A DNA stretch of 64,000 bases from Escherichia coli 042 (GTDB lineage Bacteria; Pseudomonadota; Gammaproteobacteria; Enterobacterales; Enterobacteriaceae): assembly GCF_000027125.1 (NCBI RefSeq), contig NC_017626.1; one strand, written 5' to 3'. Below are positions 23,109 to 34,488 of this stretch, piece by piece. A model generated the notes under the pieces. That model was given only the letters and a program-made list of their open reading frames with translations, was not told where the DNA came from and searched no databases. The position numbers were made by a program, and so were the translations under genes. Numbering within the stretch: position 1 is the stretch's first letter; every line of letters begins with the position of its first letter.

Positions 23109-24716
23109 TTATTCGATAGAGACGTTTTCGAAGTGATGTTTGCCTAATGGATCAACCACATAGCCTTTAACTTCTTTGCGTACCGGTTCAAACACGGTGG
23201 AGTGAGCGATGATCAGTGCCGGAGCCTGATCGTGCATCACCACCTGTGCTTGCTTATACAGCTCAATACGCTTGTTGTGGTCGTCAGTAGCACGTGCCGG
23301 TTGAATCAGATCTTCAAACGGCTTGTAGCACCATTTTGAGTAGTTGGAACCTTGTTCAGAAGCAGCGCAGCTGAACAGGGTGGCGAAGAAGTTATCCGGA
23401 TCCCCGTTGTCGCCAGTCCAGCCCATCATTACCGTCTGATGCTCGCCATCTTTCGCGCGCTTGAGGTACTCACCCCATTCGTAGGTGACGATTTTGGCCT
23501 GTACGCCCACTTTCGCCCAGTCTGCCTGAATCATCTCCGCCATGCGGCGAGCGTTCGGGTTATACGGACGTTGTACCGGCATCGCCCACAGGTCGATGGA
23601 GAAACCTTTTTCCAGACCCGCTTCTTTCAGCAAGGCTTTCGCTTTTTCGGGATCGTAGGTGTAGTCCTGAACGTCGTCGTTATAGCCCCACATGGTTGGC
23701 GGGATCAGGTTTTTCGCTGCCACGCCCGCGCCCTGATAAACCGCTTTGATGATCGCGTCTTTGTTCACCGCGTAGGTCAGAGCCTGGCGAACTTTCACAT
23801 CATCGAGTGGTTTTTTCTGCACGTTATATGAAAGATAGCCGACGTTCAGCCCCGGCATTTCCATCAGGTTGATGGATTTATCCTGCTTCATGCGAGCGAT
23901 GTCTGCCGGGTTCGGGTACGGCATCACCTGGCATTCATTCTTCTGCAATTTCGCGTAACGCACGGAAGCATCAGGGGTAATAGAGAAAACCAGCGTATCG
24001 ATCTGCGGTTTGGTGCCCCAGTAGCCATCAAACGCTTTGTAGCGGATACGGGAATCTTTTTGGTACTGCTGTAACTGGAACGGACCGGTGCCGATTGGGT
24101 TGAGGTCCAGTTTTTCCGGTGTACCGGCTTTCATCATCGCGTCAGCATATTCTTTTGACAGAATAGAGGCGAAGTCCATTGCCAGATCCGCGAGGAACGG
24201 CGCTTCCGGGCGAGTCAGCACGAACTGAACGGTGTTATCGTCCACCTTTTTCACTTCGCTGATCAGCTCCGGCAAGCCCATGCCTTCGAAGTATTCGTAG
24301 CTGCCGCCAGAAACTTTATGGTACGGGTTTTGCGCGTTTTTCTGACGATCGAACGAGAACACCACGTCATCGGCGTTCAGTTCGCGCGTCGGTTTGAATT
24401 CTTTATTGTCGTGCCACTTCACACCTTTACGCAGATGGAAGGTATAGGTTTTACCGTCTTCGCTGACTTCCCACTTTTCAGCGAGGCCCGGGATCACTTC
24501 GGTGGTGCCGATTTTAAATTCAACCAGGCGGTTATAAAGCGGCACGGAAGAGGCGTCATAGGTAGTACCGGAGGTAAACAACTGCGGGTTAAACCCTTCC
24601 GGAGATCCTTCTGAGCAATAAACCAGAGTTTTAGCCTGAACACTTGCTGCGACGGTCATAGCCACCAGGCTGAGACCAAGCTTCAGCATCCCTGACTTTT
24701 TCAAGGAAATACGCAT
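23109..24716 (-). CDS. dppA: periplasmic dipeptide-binding protein DppA, 535 aa
   Basis: ORF track 23109..24716; signal peptide MRISLKKSGMLKLGLSLVAMTVAASVQA. Confidence 0.95.
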   Translation of the reverse strand: MRISLKKSGMLKLGLSLVAMTVAASVQAKTLVYCSEGSPEGFNPQLFTSGTTYDASSVPLYNRLVEFKIGTTEVIPGLAEKWEVSEDGKTYTFHLRKGVKWHDNKEFKPTRELNADDVVFSFDRQKNAQNPYHKVSGGSYEYFEGMGLPELISEVKKVDDNTVQFVLTRPEAPFLADLAMDFASILSKEYADAMMKAGTPEKLDLNPIGTGPFQLQQYQKDSRIRYKAFDGYWGTKPQIDTLVFSITPDASVRYAKLQKNECQVMPYPNPADIARMKQDKSINLMEMPGLNVGYLSYNVQKKPLDDVKVRQALTYAVNKDAIIKAVYQGAGVAAKNLIPPTMWGYNDDVQDYTYDPEKAKALLKEAGLEKGFSIDLWAMPVQRPYNPNARRMAEMIQADWAKVGVQAKIVTYEWGEYLKRAKDGEHQTVMMGWTGDNGDPDNFFATLFSCAASEQGSNYSKWCYKPFEDLIQPARATDDHNKRIELYKQAQVVMHDQAPALIIAHSTVFEPVRKEVKGYVVDPLGKHHFENVSIE

Positions 24717-24723
24717 TATTCTG

Positions 24724-24748
24724 CTCCAATTGTGATGTTTGTTGTTTT
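24724..24748 (-). promoter_or_regulatory. CA-rich element in dppA 5' leader, likely GcvB sRNA target site
   Basis: mRNA-sense sequence aaaacaacaaacatcacaattggag immediately upstream of the dppA RBS/start; GcvB repression of dppA via a CA-rich leader site is established. Confidence 0.5.
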
Positions 24749-25267
24749 AACCCTTTGCAGTGGGTTGTCGCTGCCTGACCTTTTTTGTTTTTTGCCCGGT
24801 CGGGTCAACGTTATGAGGTGGGGATGCCGTACTAATTAACATCAGTGTAACAGTGCGGATCCTCCATAAAATGCCCCTCGTGACCTACAATCTGTCAACA
24901 GAATGTGAAAACGTCAATACAGCCAACCGGGATTTACACCAACGGTGAGAATCCACAAACAAAGATTAAAAAAACTTCAAACAGCTATTTGCAGCAGAGA
25001 AATTTGTGCTACTCCAACATGACCAGAACAATCAGCTTAATATTTAGCAACAATTGGTGATTAAGTTTTATGCATTTTGTGAAAAAAATCTGAGGAAAAG
25101 GTGGATATCTGAGCGATTAATACCATGAACGCTAAAACGCACAGCGGAAAATGCCAGCGCCAGCCATAAGTAACGCAAAAAAAAATTTAAGCAAATATAA
25201 AAAAAGACAATGGTTTCTGTCACAAATCCGTTAATGGATAGTGAGATATGGGCGCAAATTTGGCAGG

Positions 25268-25356
25268 AAAATGTGTGGTGTGTAGGTCGAATAAGGCGGT
25301 CGCGCCGCATCCGACAATGGGCCGGCACATTTGCCTGATGCGACGCTGGCGCGTCT
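25268..25356. repeat. REP/BIME element (two REP palindromes) upstream of the proK-proximal repeats
   Basis: ggtcgaataaggcggtcgcgccgcatccgaca and gcctgatgcgacgctggcgcgtcttatcaggcctac. Confidence 0.65.
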
Positions 25357-25794
25357 TATCAGGCCTACGTCGAATCGAACCTCCCTGCCCCCGGAAGTTC
25401 TCATCCTCTTCAGGCCGCAGAAAGCAAAAAACCAGCCCGTAGGCTGGTTTTTCTAAATTGGTCGGTGATAGAGGATTACTCGCCACTTCGTGGCTCGCCC
25501 TGCGGGCCGTTGCTGGCGCAACGTTCTCTCGCTTCGCTCGAGTCGAATCTCCCTGCCCCCGGAGGTTCTCATCCTCATAGGCTACAAATGCAAAAAAGCC
25601 TGCTCGCTGAGCAGGCTTTTCGAATTTGGTCGGTGCCAGAGGATTACTCGCCACTTCGTGGCTCGCCCTGCGGGCCGTTGCTGGCGCAACGTTCTCTCGC
25701 TTCGCTCGAGTCGAACCTCCCTGCCCCCGGAGGTTCTCATCCTCATGGGCTACAAATGCAAAAAAGCCTGCTCGCTGAGCAGGCTTTTCGAATT
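25357..25794. repeat. tandem degenerate repeats (~92 + 166 + 168 bp) downstream of proK, each with a terminator-like hairpin, a T-arm-like GGTTCGA motif and a copy of the last ~19 nt of tRNA-Pro
   Basis: tggtcggtg(a/c)(t/c)agaggatt occurs at ~25449, ~25617 and 25795 (the last is the real tRNA 3' end); the intervening sequence is about 97-98% identical between the two full units. Confidence 0.8.
25762..25790 (-). terminator. rho-independent terminator just downstream of proK
   Basis: Minus-strand gcctgctcagcgagcaggc followed by a T-run (tttttt), 5 bp after the tRNA 3' end. Confidence 0.6.
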
Positions 25795-25871
<77 letters not shown>

Positions 25872-25962
25872 AATGCGGGGCGCATCTTACTGCGCAGATA
25901 CGCCCTCGTCAATCCCTTAATAGCAAAATGCCTTTTGATCGGCGAGAAAGTCAGCAGGCCTC

Positions 25963-27654
25963 TTAGTTAGCCGCTGCCTCTTTTGCCTGCGGGATGTGAC
26001 ACCAGTTGTTGTTTTCGTTAATTCCACCATCAGGTGAAGTATAGCCAAGACACCCCATGATGGTGTCGTACAGCTCTACGTGACGGCGTGGCACTTTCAT
26101 GTCGGCTTCTTTTTTCAGCTGCGCAAATGCCTGCGCATTGGCCGGATTTTCCAGATATTTATCCGACATCCAGACCATCATCGGCACACGGAACTGTTCC
26201 GGCGGTGCCAGTTCACGCGGCGTGCCGTGCAGGTGCTCGCGTTCGTTAATTGACTCACCGTGGTCAGCTGCGTAGAACACAATCGCTTTCTTATCGCGAA
26301 CCTGATCAATCACGCTGGAGATAAAGTGATCCACATAGGTCACCGAGTTGTCATAGGAGTTGATCATCTGCGCTTTGGTACAGCCGCTATCAACACCAAT
26401 ACATTCCGGCTTCCACTGCGCAAAGCTGCGCGGGTAACGCTGGGTGTAGTTAAAGTGCGAACCTTTGGTATGCAAAATGATCAGATGCTTGCCATCCGGG
26501 TTGCGCCCCAGCGATTGCTGCATTTCGTCTACCAGCAACATATCATCTACCGGCTTGCCACGGTTACGTGGCTCCGCACCAATCTGCTCACGATAAGCAA
26601 TGTTGTCCGCCATCGTGTTGCTGTAGAACCACATTTCGCTCTGCATAGCGTAGAGGTCAGAACTGAATCCTAACTGCTTCAGCACCGCGAAAATGTTCTG
26701 TTCTTTTAATGTGCGCTGCGGATTATCTTCCGCTCCACCCTCTCGTACAAACATGCAACGCAGAGAAAGTTTGGTCGCCGTGTCACAAGAATAGCCACGG
26801 AACGCCGCCAGATTTTTCTCCTGGGCCAGCTTCGGCGTGGTATTACGCTCATAGCCGAAAATGCCCATATGGTCCCAACGCGTAGTTTCACCGATGATAA
26901 ACACGACATAAGTGTCATCAACGTTTTGCGGTGCCTGATAAGTGAATTTCTTCGCCGGATTAAGCAATGAATTGTTATCGGAAGATTCATCGACCCGCGC
27001 CCAGGCATACAGCCCCAATGCCGAAAGCCAGTTTGATGGCAGATAAGAGTTCGCTACGACGCCGCCATAGCTTGGCAAATCAACACCGGTCGCCCTCTCC
27101 ACTTTCTTCTGCTGGATATCCAGCAAACGAATCGGTGCCCAAACCATAATACCCGCTAGCACGACGACCGCCAGGCTGCGAATACGCTGTCCAGGGGTTC
27201 GCAGCTGTCGGAGCAAGGTGTAACGACAGCGGTTATTCCAGATAAGGATAAGAGGCAATGCACTTACGGCGATTAACCAGAGAATAAAGTTCAGACCAAC
27301 AACTTCTTTTGACAGGTCGATATCGGTGGTCATGACGGAAGCGATGATGCCATAACCAATGACCACATTAAGGAAGGTCATGTAATAGCTGGCACCTGCG
27401 GAAAAGAGCACCACCAGCGACGCCAGAATACGCCAACTGCGGCGGCCAAACAGCGAAAGAAGACGTAGTAAAAAGAAGGTCACCAGTACGGTGGCGGCCA
27501 GTTCAACAACAGCAGAAATGCCTTTCCAGACGGTAAAATCGTGCGCATAGCTGCCGAAGCGGCGGTAAAAAACCGCGCCATTCATAAAAAGGCCAATATA
27601 GATTGCAAGCAAAAAGCTCAGCTTCTGCTGTGTAATCGATTTGATGTATCTCAT
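25963..27654 (-). CDS. eptB: Kdo2-lipid A phosphoethanolamine transferase EptB (YhjW), 563 aa
   Basis: ORF track 25963..27687; start placed at ATG 27652-27654 ([14 protein letters not shown]...); N-terminal TM segments plus sulfatase-like domain. Confidence 0.9.
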   Translation of the reverse strand: MRYIKSITQQKLSFLLAIYIGLFMNGAVFYRRFGSYAHDFTVWKGISAVVELAATVLVTFFLLRLLSLFGRRSWRILASLVVLFSAGASYYMTFLNVVIGYGIIASVMTTDIDLSKEVVGLNFILWLIAVSALPLILIWNNRCRYTLLRQLRTPGQRIRSLAVVVLAGIMVWAPIRLLDIQQKKVERATGVDLPSYGGVVANSYLPSNWLSALGLYAWARVDESSDNNSLLNPAKKFTYQAPQNVDDTYVVFIIGETTRWDHMGIFGYERNTTPKLAQEKNLAAFRGYSCDTATKLSLRCMFVREGGAEDNPQRTLKEQNIFAVLKQLGFSSDLYAMQSEMWFYSNTMADNIAYREQIGAEPRNRGKPVDDMLLVDEMQQSLGRNPDGKHLIILHTKGSHFNYTQRYPRSFAQWKPECIGVDSGCTKAQMINSYDNSVTYVDHFISSVIDQVRDKKAIVFYAADHGESINEREHLHGTPRELAPPEQFRVPMMVWMSDKYLENPANAQAFAQLKKEADMKVPRRHVELYDTIMGCLGYTSPDGGINENNNWCHIPQAKEAAAN

Positions 27655-27870
27655 GCAAACAAACCCTGGGCAAACAGGTGATAACACCCTGCTTAGTGGC
27701 TTTTCAGGCCAGGCAGGGGAAAAGTGCGGAGGTAGTCAGATAAGTAAAATCTACACGCGCGAATAAGTAGACCACAGCAAAGGGAAAAAGTGTGGGGAAA
27801 GAGTGTGCATGAAGCACAAATTTACAAAAATGCAAGTTTGAAAAGAGACTTTAGCGTTACAAAAAGCAGT

Positions 27871-27900
27871 AAAAAGGGCCAGTTAACTGGCCCAAATTTT
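27871..27900 (-). terminator. hairpin terminator downstream of yhjX
   Basis: gggccagttaactggccc palindrome flanked by A/T runs. Confidence 0.5.
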
Positions 27901-27977
27901 ACGCGTTATTGTTTATACATTTCGTTGATGCGTTTGATGCATACTGAAGCTGAAGCCCAGTAGCTCACGGCTGAGCA

Positions 27978-29186
27978 TTAAAGGGAGCCATGCGCCTCAC
28001 GCAACACTTTCTGCTCTGGCTGACGAATCGTCGTAGAGAGCGCCAGTGACAGAATCAGCAGGGCGAAAATCACGTAGAAGGTCACATAGAAGCCGCCAAA
28101 CAGTGAGGCGATAATCGACCCACAAATGCTGCCGATACCGAAACCGAGATAAATCACACCGTAGTTTTTCGCCAGGTTATTGAGGCCGAAGAACTCACTG
28201 ACCAGTGACGGGAACACCGTGATAGTGCCGCCAAAGTTAAACGCCACGCAGGCAATCGCTGCAAAGAACGTCACTGCATTCAATGGTGCAAACAGCAGGG
28301 CCGCCATACCCACCAGCGAAATCACCTGACCAATAGTGATAACACGGATACGGGCGATTTTGTCAGACAGTATCCCCAGAACCAGACGACCTGAAAGGTT
28401 GGCGATGGAAATAACAGTGACTGCATTAGCTGCGGAAACCACATCAAGGTGTGCCAGACTTTGGGCGATATCTTTCGCTACTCCAATCACGTACAGACCG
28501 CTCATGCAGGCAGTCAGGAACATTACCGCTAACATCCAGTACTGCGGTTTACGCATCGACTCTGCCAGCGTGTAATCTTTCTCCACCACACCATTGCTGG
28601 TTTTCACTTCCTGTTTTGGTGCGTCTTTCATTAACGTTGCGCCGAAAACAATCATCACCAGCGCAATCGCTCCCCAAATCACAAAGGTTTTTTCCAGACC
28701 CACCGTTTCGAGCAGCTGCGTGTCGATAAATTTGAAACCCAGGCTACCCAGACCATAAGAACCGATAGCGAACGCGGAGATCAGACCTTTACGCTCCGGG
28801 AACCACTTCACGCAGTTTGAGAGCGTCAGCAGGTAGCCCGCACCATCCGCCAAACCGACCAACACACCGGCGCTTAACCACAGCATCATCAGGTTGTCAG
28901 AATGCGCTGTCAGGAAGAAGCCTAATCCCAGCAAAATGCCGGAAGCCATAGTGACGCGTTTAACGCCAAAACGTTCCTGCAATTTGCCCGCAACAGAAGA
29001 TGAAATTGCCAGCCCCAGACTTAACAAGCCGAAAGAGAAAGCGACCTGGCTTACCGGCGCATCCAGCTTGGCAGAAAGCGCGCCGTTAAACAGGCTCCAG
29101 GTATAAACCGACCCAAGGGCAAACTGGGTAATGATAGTACCGATGAGTGTCAACCAGCGGGTACGCTGATAATTTGAAGGTGTCAT
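27978..29186 (-). CDS. yhjX: MFS transporter YhjX (oxalate/formate antiporter-like), 402 aa
   Basis: ORF track 27978..29231; start placed at ATG 29184-29186 (MTPSNYQRTRWLTL...). Confidence 0.85.
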   Translation of the reverse strand: MTPSNYQRTRWLTLIGTIITQFALGSVYTWSLFNGALSAKLDAPVSQVAFSFGLLSLGLAISSSVAGKLQERFGVKRVTMASGILLGLGFFLTAHSDNLMMLWLSAGVLVGLADGAGYLLTLSNCVKWFPERKGLISAFAIGSYGLGSLGFKFIDTQLLETVGLEKTFVIWGAIALVMIVFGATLMKDAPKQEVKTSNGVVEKDYTLAESMRKPQYWMLAVMFLTACMSGLYVIGVAKDIAQSLAHLDVVSAANAVTVISIANLSGRLVLGILSDKIARIRVITIGQVISLVGMAALLFAPLNAVTFFAAIACVAFNFGGTITVFPSLVSEFFGLNNLAKNYGVIYLGFGIGSICGSIIASLFGGFYVTFYVIFALLILSLALSTTIRQPEQKVLREAHGSL

Positions 29187-29414
29187 GGCAGTATTCCTGC
29201 AGTAATAAAAAGGAAAAATCTCTGCTGACAACCATAACGAAGTGCACTTTATGCCTGGGGAAAAACGGCATGAAATGCCATCAGAACGGAATGAAATGCC
29301 TTAGTTCAGGAATGAATGACGTGACAATTATTCACCAAATTTATTATTTGGTAAGTTAGCACCCACTATCGCCACAACTGCTGTTATTCAATGGTTTTAA
29401 TTGTGACTGTTACG

Positions 29415-30119
29415 TTAAAATCTGGCACTAACCCCCATCGTATACAGATAGTCGCTATTGTTAGTGGTATTTTCTGCCTGAGATAGCGCCGCATAGGCGG
29501 CAATATTTTGATTGAGCAACATATCAGCGCCTACGGTGACATCCAGCCAGTTGCCGTTCTGGTTTGTCGCCGTCATCCGGCTCAGGCCTGATTGCGCCTT
29601 CCAGATATTCTCGCCAAATTGCTGGTTATAGCTGATTTGCGCCCAGGGTCGGAGATCGCCAAGCCGGGAGTCAACACGCCAGCCTAAGGTACTCACGCTG
29701 GCATGCCATAACGGATCGGCCAGCGTGGTAGTACTGTCGCCAAACTCGTTATACATCGAGGTGGTTGTGCCATCGTAATGTAATGCCGCGACCGGGCCGG
29801 TTGTAACCTGCTCATATAAAGGAAAATTCCAGCCCATACTCATACTGCTGGTCACATCCACAGGGGTTTCTTCCGCCAGATTGACTTCCAGTCCCAGCGC
29901 CCTTTGGCTACTTTGAATACGTTGCGACAAAATATCGTTGTAATCAGGTTGATGATCGCTATCCCAGGTGTAACGCTCTGTGGAATGTCCGGGTTGCGTA
30001 TCAACGATATATTCTTGTTGCCAGGCGTAAGCTGTGTTGAGAAAAAAGGCACTGATTACCACGCTCACCAGCAGGCTTAGCTGCCAGCGACCACCGCTTT
30101 TTTTTATGATCATTAACAC
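29415..30119 (-). CDS. yhjY: YhjY, autotransporter beta-domain-like outer-membrane protein, ~232-234 aa
   Basis: ORF track 29415..30119; signal peptide and C-terminal ...YTMGVSARF; start may be 2 codons downstream. Confidence 0.8.
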   Translation of the reverse strand: MLMIIKKSGGRWQLSLLVSVVISAFFLNTAYAWQQEYIVDTQPGHSTERYTWDSDHQPDYNDILSQRIQSSQRALGLEVNLAEETPVDVTSSMSMGWNFPLYEQVTTGPVAALHYDGTTTSMYNEFGDSTTTLADPLWHASVSTLGWRVDSRLGDLRPWAQISYNQQFGENIWKAQSGLSRMTATNQNGNWLDVTVGADMLLNQNIAAYAALSQAENTTNNSDYLYTMGVSARF

Positions 30120-30270
30120 GACTCCAGGGAAGAGCCGAATTCGGCAATATTATTGTCATTGTATGAAGGATATCGGGCATAGTAGCCCTGTATTAAATAT
30201 TGACTTTTTCACCGATGCGTCAAGAAAAGCGGCTGAAATTTTTACGATCGGGTACATAGCGAGGGAAAGT

Positions 30271-30834
30271 ATGGAACGTTGCGGCTGGGTGAGTCAGGAC
30301 CCGCTTTATATTGCCTACCATGATAATGAATGGGGCGTGCCTGAAACTGACAGTAAAAAACTGTTCGAAATGATCTGCCTTGAAGGGCAGCAGGCTGGAT
30401 TATCGTGGATCACCGTCCTCAAAAAACGCGAAAACTATCGCGCCAGCTTTCATCAGTTCGATCCGGTGAAGGTGGCTGCAATGCAGGAAGAGGATGTCGA
30501 AAGACTGGTACAGGACGCCGGGATTATCCGCCATCGCGGGAAAATTCAGGCAATTATTGGTAATGCGCGGGCGTACCTGCAAATGGAACAGAACGGCGAA
30601 CCGTTTGCCGACTTTGTCTGGTCGTTTGTCAATCATCAACCACAGGTGACACAAGCCACAACGTTGAGCGAAATCCCTACATCTACGCCCGCCTCCGACG
30701 CTCTATCTAAAGCCCTGAAAAAGCGTGGTTTTAAGTTTGTTGGTACCACAATCTGTTACTCCTTTATGCAGGCATGTGGGCTGGTGAATGATCATGTGGT
30801 TGGCTGCTGTTGCTATCCGGGAAATAAACCATGA
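30271..30834 (+). CDS. tag: 3-methyladenine DNA glycosylase I (Tag), 187 aa
   Basis: ORF track 30034..30834; start placed at ATG 30271 (MERCGWVSQDPLYIAYHDNEWGVP...). Confidence 0.9.
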   Translation: MERCGWVSQDPLYIAYHDNEWGVPETDSKKLFEMICLEGQQAGLSWITVLKKRENYRASFHQFDPVKVAAMQEEDVERLVQDAGIIRHRGKIQAIIGNARAYLQMEQNGEPFADFVWSFVNHQPQVTQATTLSEIPTSTPASDALSKALKKRGFKFVGTTICYSFMQACGLVNDHVVGCCCYPGNKP

Positions 30835-31271
30835 TTCGGGAAGCGCAACGTTCAGAACTCCCCGCGATCCTCGAACTGTGGCTGGAAAGTACAACCTGGG
30901 GGCATCCCTTTATAAAAGCGAATTACTGGCGTGATTGCATTCCGCTGGTGCGGGATGCCTATCTTGCCAACGCGCAAAACTGGGTCTGGGAAGAAGACGG
31001 TAAGCTTCTCGGTTTTGTCAGCATTATGGAAGGCCGATTTCTGGCTGCAATGTTTGTCGCACCGAAGGCCGTCAGACGCGGTATTGGTAAGGCGCTAATG
31101 CAGTATGTGCAGCAGCGCCATCCCCATCTGATGCTGGAGGTTTATCAAAAAAATCAACCGGCGATAGATTTTTACCATGCGCAGGGTTTTCACATTGTCG
31201 ACTGCGCATGGCAGGATGAAACCCAACTACCCACCTGGATTATGAGCTGGCCGGTGGTTCAAACGCTGTAA
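30831..31271 (+). CDS. yiaC: GNAT-family N-acetyltransferase YiaC, 146 aa
   Basis: ORF track; ATGA overlap with tag stop. Confidence 0.85.
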   Translation: MIREAQRSELPAILELWLESTTWGHPFIKANYWRDCIPLVRDAYLANAQNWVWEEDGKLLGFVSIMEGRFLAAMFVAPKAVRRGIGKALMQYVQQRHPHLMLEVYQKNQPAIDFYHAQGFHIVDCAWQDETQLPTWIMSWPVVQTL

Positions 31272-33573
31272 GTGTCAGTTCCGGACCGTTGTATTTTTCT
31301 AGCCATGCCAAAGCCGTGTTGCCTGCACAACCATTCCCCAGCCGCGAGCTGGGGAGGTCTTTAGTCAATACATTCACTGCGCCGTTTTTACAAATGCCGT
31401 CAGCGGTTAAATCCAGATCCGGCCATGCCCCTTCGTGAATACAAATCACGCCAGGTTTAATTCCCTCGCTAATGACTGCCCCGGCAAGAATTTGCCCGCG
31501 TGCGTTCCACAGCCGAACAGTATCGCCATCTTGTATGCCGCGCGCCTGAGCATCGTCAGGATGAATGGTGACAGGCTCACGATTTGCCACCGCGTACAAT
31601 TCGCGCAGAGAACTGTAATTCAGCTGGCTGTGCAGACGATGTGCCGGATGAGCAGAAAGTACCTGCAACTGTTCCGGTTCGGCATTGCCCTGCCATTCGT
31701 CCGGCTCCAGCCACATTGGATGCCCAGGGCAATCCGGATAAGCGTAATCGGCAATACGCTGCGAGAAGATTTCAATCTTGCCGCTGGCGGTTTTTAATGG
31801 ATGCGCCTGCGGATCGCGGCGAAAATCGGCGAAGCGAATAAACCGCTCGCTGTCCGGGTTTTCCGGCATCTCAATTAACTGGTTGGCTTGCCAGAACTCA
31901 GCAAATGGCGGCAATTCAACCTGCTGGCTTGCCCCGCGCTGCCGGGCAACGTTATAAAACGTTTCCAGCCATTGCAGCTCACTTTTTCCTTCCGTAAACC
32001 GCGCATAGCCGCCCTTCTCCCAACGTTCACTCAACTCGGCAAAGACATCAAAATCATTACGCGCTTCATAACGTGGCGGCACCACTTGCTTCATCGGCAC
32101 CAGATGCTGATTACTGTAATCGCCGGTCATGGTGAGATCATTACGCTCAAACGAGGTGGTCGCAGGCAGAACGATATCCGCGTGTTTCGCCGCCGCCGTC
32201 CAGAAGCATTCAGAGATCACCACCAGCTCCGGTTTTTGCCAGGCACGGATCAGGCGATTGGTATCCTGATGATGAGTAAAGTTGGCACCGCCCGCCCACC
32301 AGATAAAACGAATATCCGGGAAATGTCGGTCCATACCGTTATGTTGATATGCGCCACCCGGGTTTTCCAGTGCTTCAACAATGCGGGCAACAGGGATTTT
32401 ATCCACCGCATCGGTGCCGCCAGGCAAGCTGCCCTGCATGGAAGAGAGCACCGCAGCGCGGCGCGTGGGGTTACCACCATTGGCAAAATGGTAAGAAAGT
32501 CCAAAACCGCCGCCGGGTGTGCCGATTTGCCCCAACATTGCCGCCAGCGTGACGATCATCCAGTGTTTTTGCTCACCAAACTGTTGGCGCTGCATTCCCC
32601 AGCCAGCCATCAGCATGGTAGTATTTTGATGGAAAAGAGCCGCCAGTTCGCGGATTTTCGCTGCGCCAACACCACAAATCTCTGCCGCCCATTCGGCGGT
32701 TTTCGCTATTCCGTCGCTCTCGCCCAGCAAATAAGAGGCGAAGACGGCATAACCTGTGGTGCAACGCGCCAGAAACGCTTCGTCGTGCCAACCATTTTCC
32801 ACCAGCGTATGGGCGATCCCCAGCATCAGCGCAACATCGGTGCCCATGTGCGGTGCCACCCACTCCATTTTATCGCCAAAGAAATCGACGGTTTCCGATC
32901 GCATTGGATCAATGCAGATCAGCTTTTTCCCGCTGTCACGCAGTGCGGAAAAGTAAGAAAGCCCCTGCTCATCGGATGCATTCCACGCAATTTTCAGCGT
33001 ATTGAGTGGGTTAGCACTCCATAGCACCACGACATCGCTATGTTCCAATACCAACGGCCAACTGGTTTGCTGTTGATAAACTTCGCTGCCCCCCACGACA
33101 TACGGCATGATCGCCTGTGCTGCACCGGTCGAATAATCCCCCAGATGCCCGGTATAACCGCCTGCAAGCGCCATATAGCGTTGTAATAATGTCGAGGCCT
33201 TATGCAGCACGCCGTTTGAACGCCAGCCGTAGGAACCAGCAAAAATCGATGCCGGACCATAAGCCTCACGAATGCGTTTATGTTGTTGGTGAATAAGCTC
33301 CAGCGCCTCATCCCAACTCACACGAACAAATGCATCCTGCCCGCGAATGCCTTGCGGGTTTTCCGGTGACGCGAGAAAGCCTTTGCGCACCATTGGAAAT
33401 CGTACCCGCGTATTGCTGTGAACCTGGTCGCGAACCGCGCTCTGCAAGGAGTTTTCCATTCCTGTGACTAACGCGCCACGCGAGCTAAACACGGTTTCGC
33501 CGTCGGTTTCAACCAGCATGGGCCCCCAGTGGGCGGCAGTCAGAACGGAATATCGTGAGGATGAGTTGGCCAA
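31240..33573 (-). CDS. bisC: biotin sulfoxide reductase BisC (molybdopterin oxidoreductase), 777 aa
   Basis: ORF track 31240..33573. Confidence 0.9.
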   Translation of the reverse strand: MANSSSRYSVLTAAHWGPMLVETDGETVFSSRGALVTGMENSLQSAVRDQVHSNTRVRFPMVRKGFLASPENPQGIRGQDAFVRVSWDEALELIHQQHKRIREAYGPASIFAGSYGWRSNGVLHKASTLLQRYMALAGGYTGHLGDYSTGAAQAIMPYVVGGSEVYQQQTSWPLVLEHSDVVVLWSANPLNTLKIAWNASDEQGLSYFSALRDSGKKLICIDPMRSETVDFFGDKMEWVAPHMGTDVALMLGIAHTLVENGWHDEAFLARCTTGYAVFASYLLGESDGIAKTAEWAAEICGVGAAKIRELAALFHQNTTMLMAGWGMQRQQFGEQKHWMIVTLAAMLGQIGTPGGGFGLSYHFANGGNPTRRAAVLSSMQGSLPGGTDAVDKIPVARIVEALENPGGAYQHNGMDRHFPDIRFIWWAGGANFTHHQDTNRLIRAWQKPELVVISECFWTAAAKHADIVLPATTSFERNDLTMTGDYSNQHLVPMKQVVPPRYEARNDFDVFAELSERWEKGGYARFTEGKSELQWLETFYNVARQRGASQQVELPPFAEFWQANQLIEMPENPDSERFIRFADFRRDPQAHPLKTASGKIEIFSQRIADYAYPDCPGHPMWLEPDEWQGNAEPEQLQVLSAHPAHRLHSQLNYSSLRELYAVANREPVTIHPDDAQARGIQDGDTVRLWNARGQILAGAVISEGIKPGVICIHEGAWPDLDLTADGICKNGAVNVLTKDLPSSRLGNGCAGNTALAWLEKYNGPELTLTAFEPPASS

Positions 33574-33725
33574 ACCGAAGACTCCTGAAAGGTTAGATGT
33601 ATTGAGCAGTTAAATATTACTTACAAATTTCCGAGTATTCCCAGGAATAATCTTCATGTTCACGCGGCATAATCTCCCGCCACGGAACCCGTGGCAAAGA
33701 ATAAAAAGTTTATTAAGGATTAACA

Positions 33726-34385
33726 ATGAAGAAACGTGTTTATCTTATTGCCGCCGTAGTGAGTGGCGCTCTGGCGGTATCTGGCTGCACAACTAACCCT
33801 TACACTGGCGAACGCGAAGCAGGTAAATCTGCTATCGGCGCAGGTCTGGGCTCTCTCGTTGGCGCGGGTATTGGTGCGCTCTCTTCTTCGAAGAAAGATC
33901 GCGGTAAAGGCGCGCTGATTGGCGCAGCAGCGGGTGCAGCTCTGGGCGGCGGCGTTGGTTATTACATGGATGTACAGGAAGCGAAGCTGCGTGACAAAAT
34001 GCGCGGCACTGGTGTTAGCGTAACCCGCAGCGGGGATAACATTATCCTCAATATGCCGAACAATGTGACCTTCGACAGCAGCAGCGCGACCCTGAAACCG
34101 GCGGGCGCTAACACCCTGACCGGCGTGGCAATGGTGCTGAAAGAGTATCCGAAAACGGCGGTTAACGTGATTGGTTATACCGACAGCACGGGTGGTCACG
34201 ACCTGAACATGCGTCTCTCCCAGCAGCGTGCGGATTCCGTTGCCAGCGCGTTGATCACCCAGGGCGTGGACGCCAGCCGCATCCGTACTCAGGGCCTTGG
34301 CCCGGCTAACCCAATCGCCAGCAACAGCACCGCAGAAGGTAAGGCGCAAAACCGCCGTGTAGAAATTACCTTAAGCCCGCTGTAA
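33726..34385 (+). CDS. yiaD: OmpA-family lipoprotein YiaD, 219 aa
   Basis: ORF track; lipobox LAVSGC, glycine-zipper region, C-terminal OmpA-like domain. Confidence 0.9.
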   Translation: MKKRVYLIAAVVSGALAVSGCTTNPYTGEREAGKSAIGAGLGSLVGAGIGALSSSKKDRGKGALIGAAAGAALGGGVGYYMDVQEAKLRDKMRGTGVSVTRSGDNIILNMPNNVTFDSSSATLKPAGANTLTGVAMVLKEYPKTAVNVIGYTDSTGGHDLNMRLSQQRADSVASALITQGVDASRIRTQGLGPANPIASNSTAEGKAQNRRVEITLSPL

Positions 34386-34488
34386 TCCCTTTCATGCCAG
34401 GTGATGCAGAAATCACCTGGCATTCTTCAGTTTTCCTTCATCATATTTCAGGCTAAGGTGATCGCCTTATCAGTGAATGGAGAGAAGC

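Noticed and set aside
30034-30270. 79-codon N-terminal extension of the tag ORF that overlaps yhjY
   Set aside because: The Tag sequence begins at ATG 30271 (MERCGW...). The extension would run antisense through the yhjY 5' end and has no known counterpart.
31888-33024. 378-aa plus-strand ORF inside bisC
   Set aside because: Antisense shadow ORF opposite a well-supported 777-aa gene.
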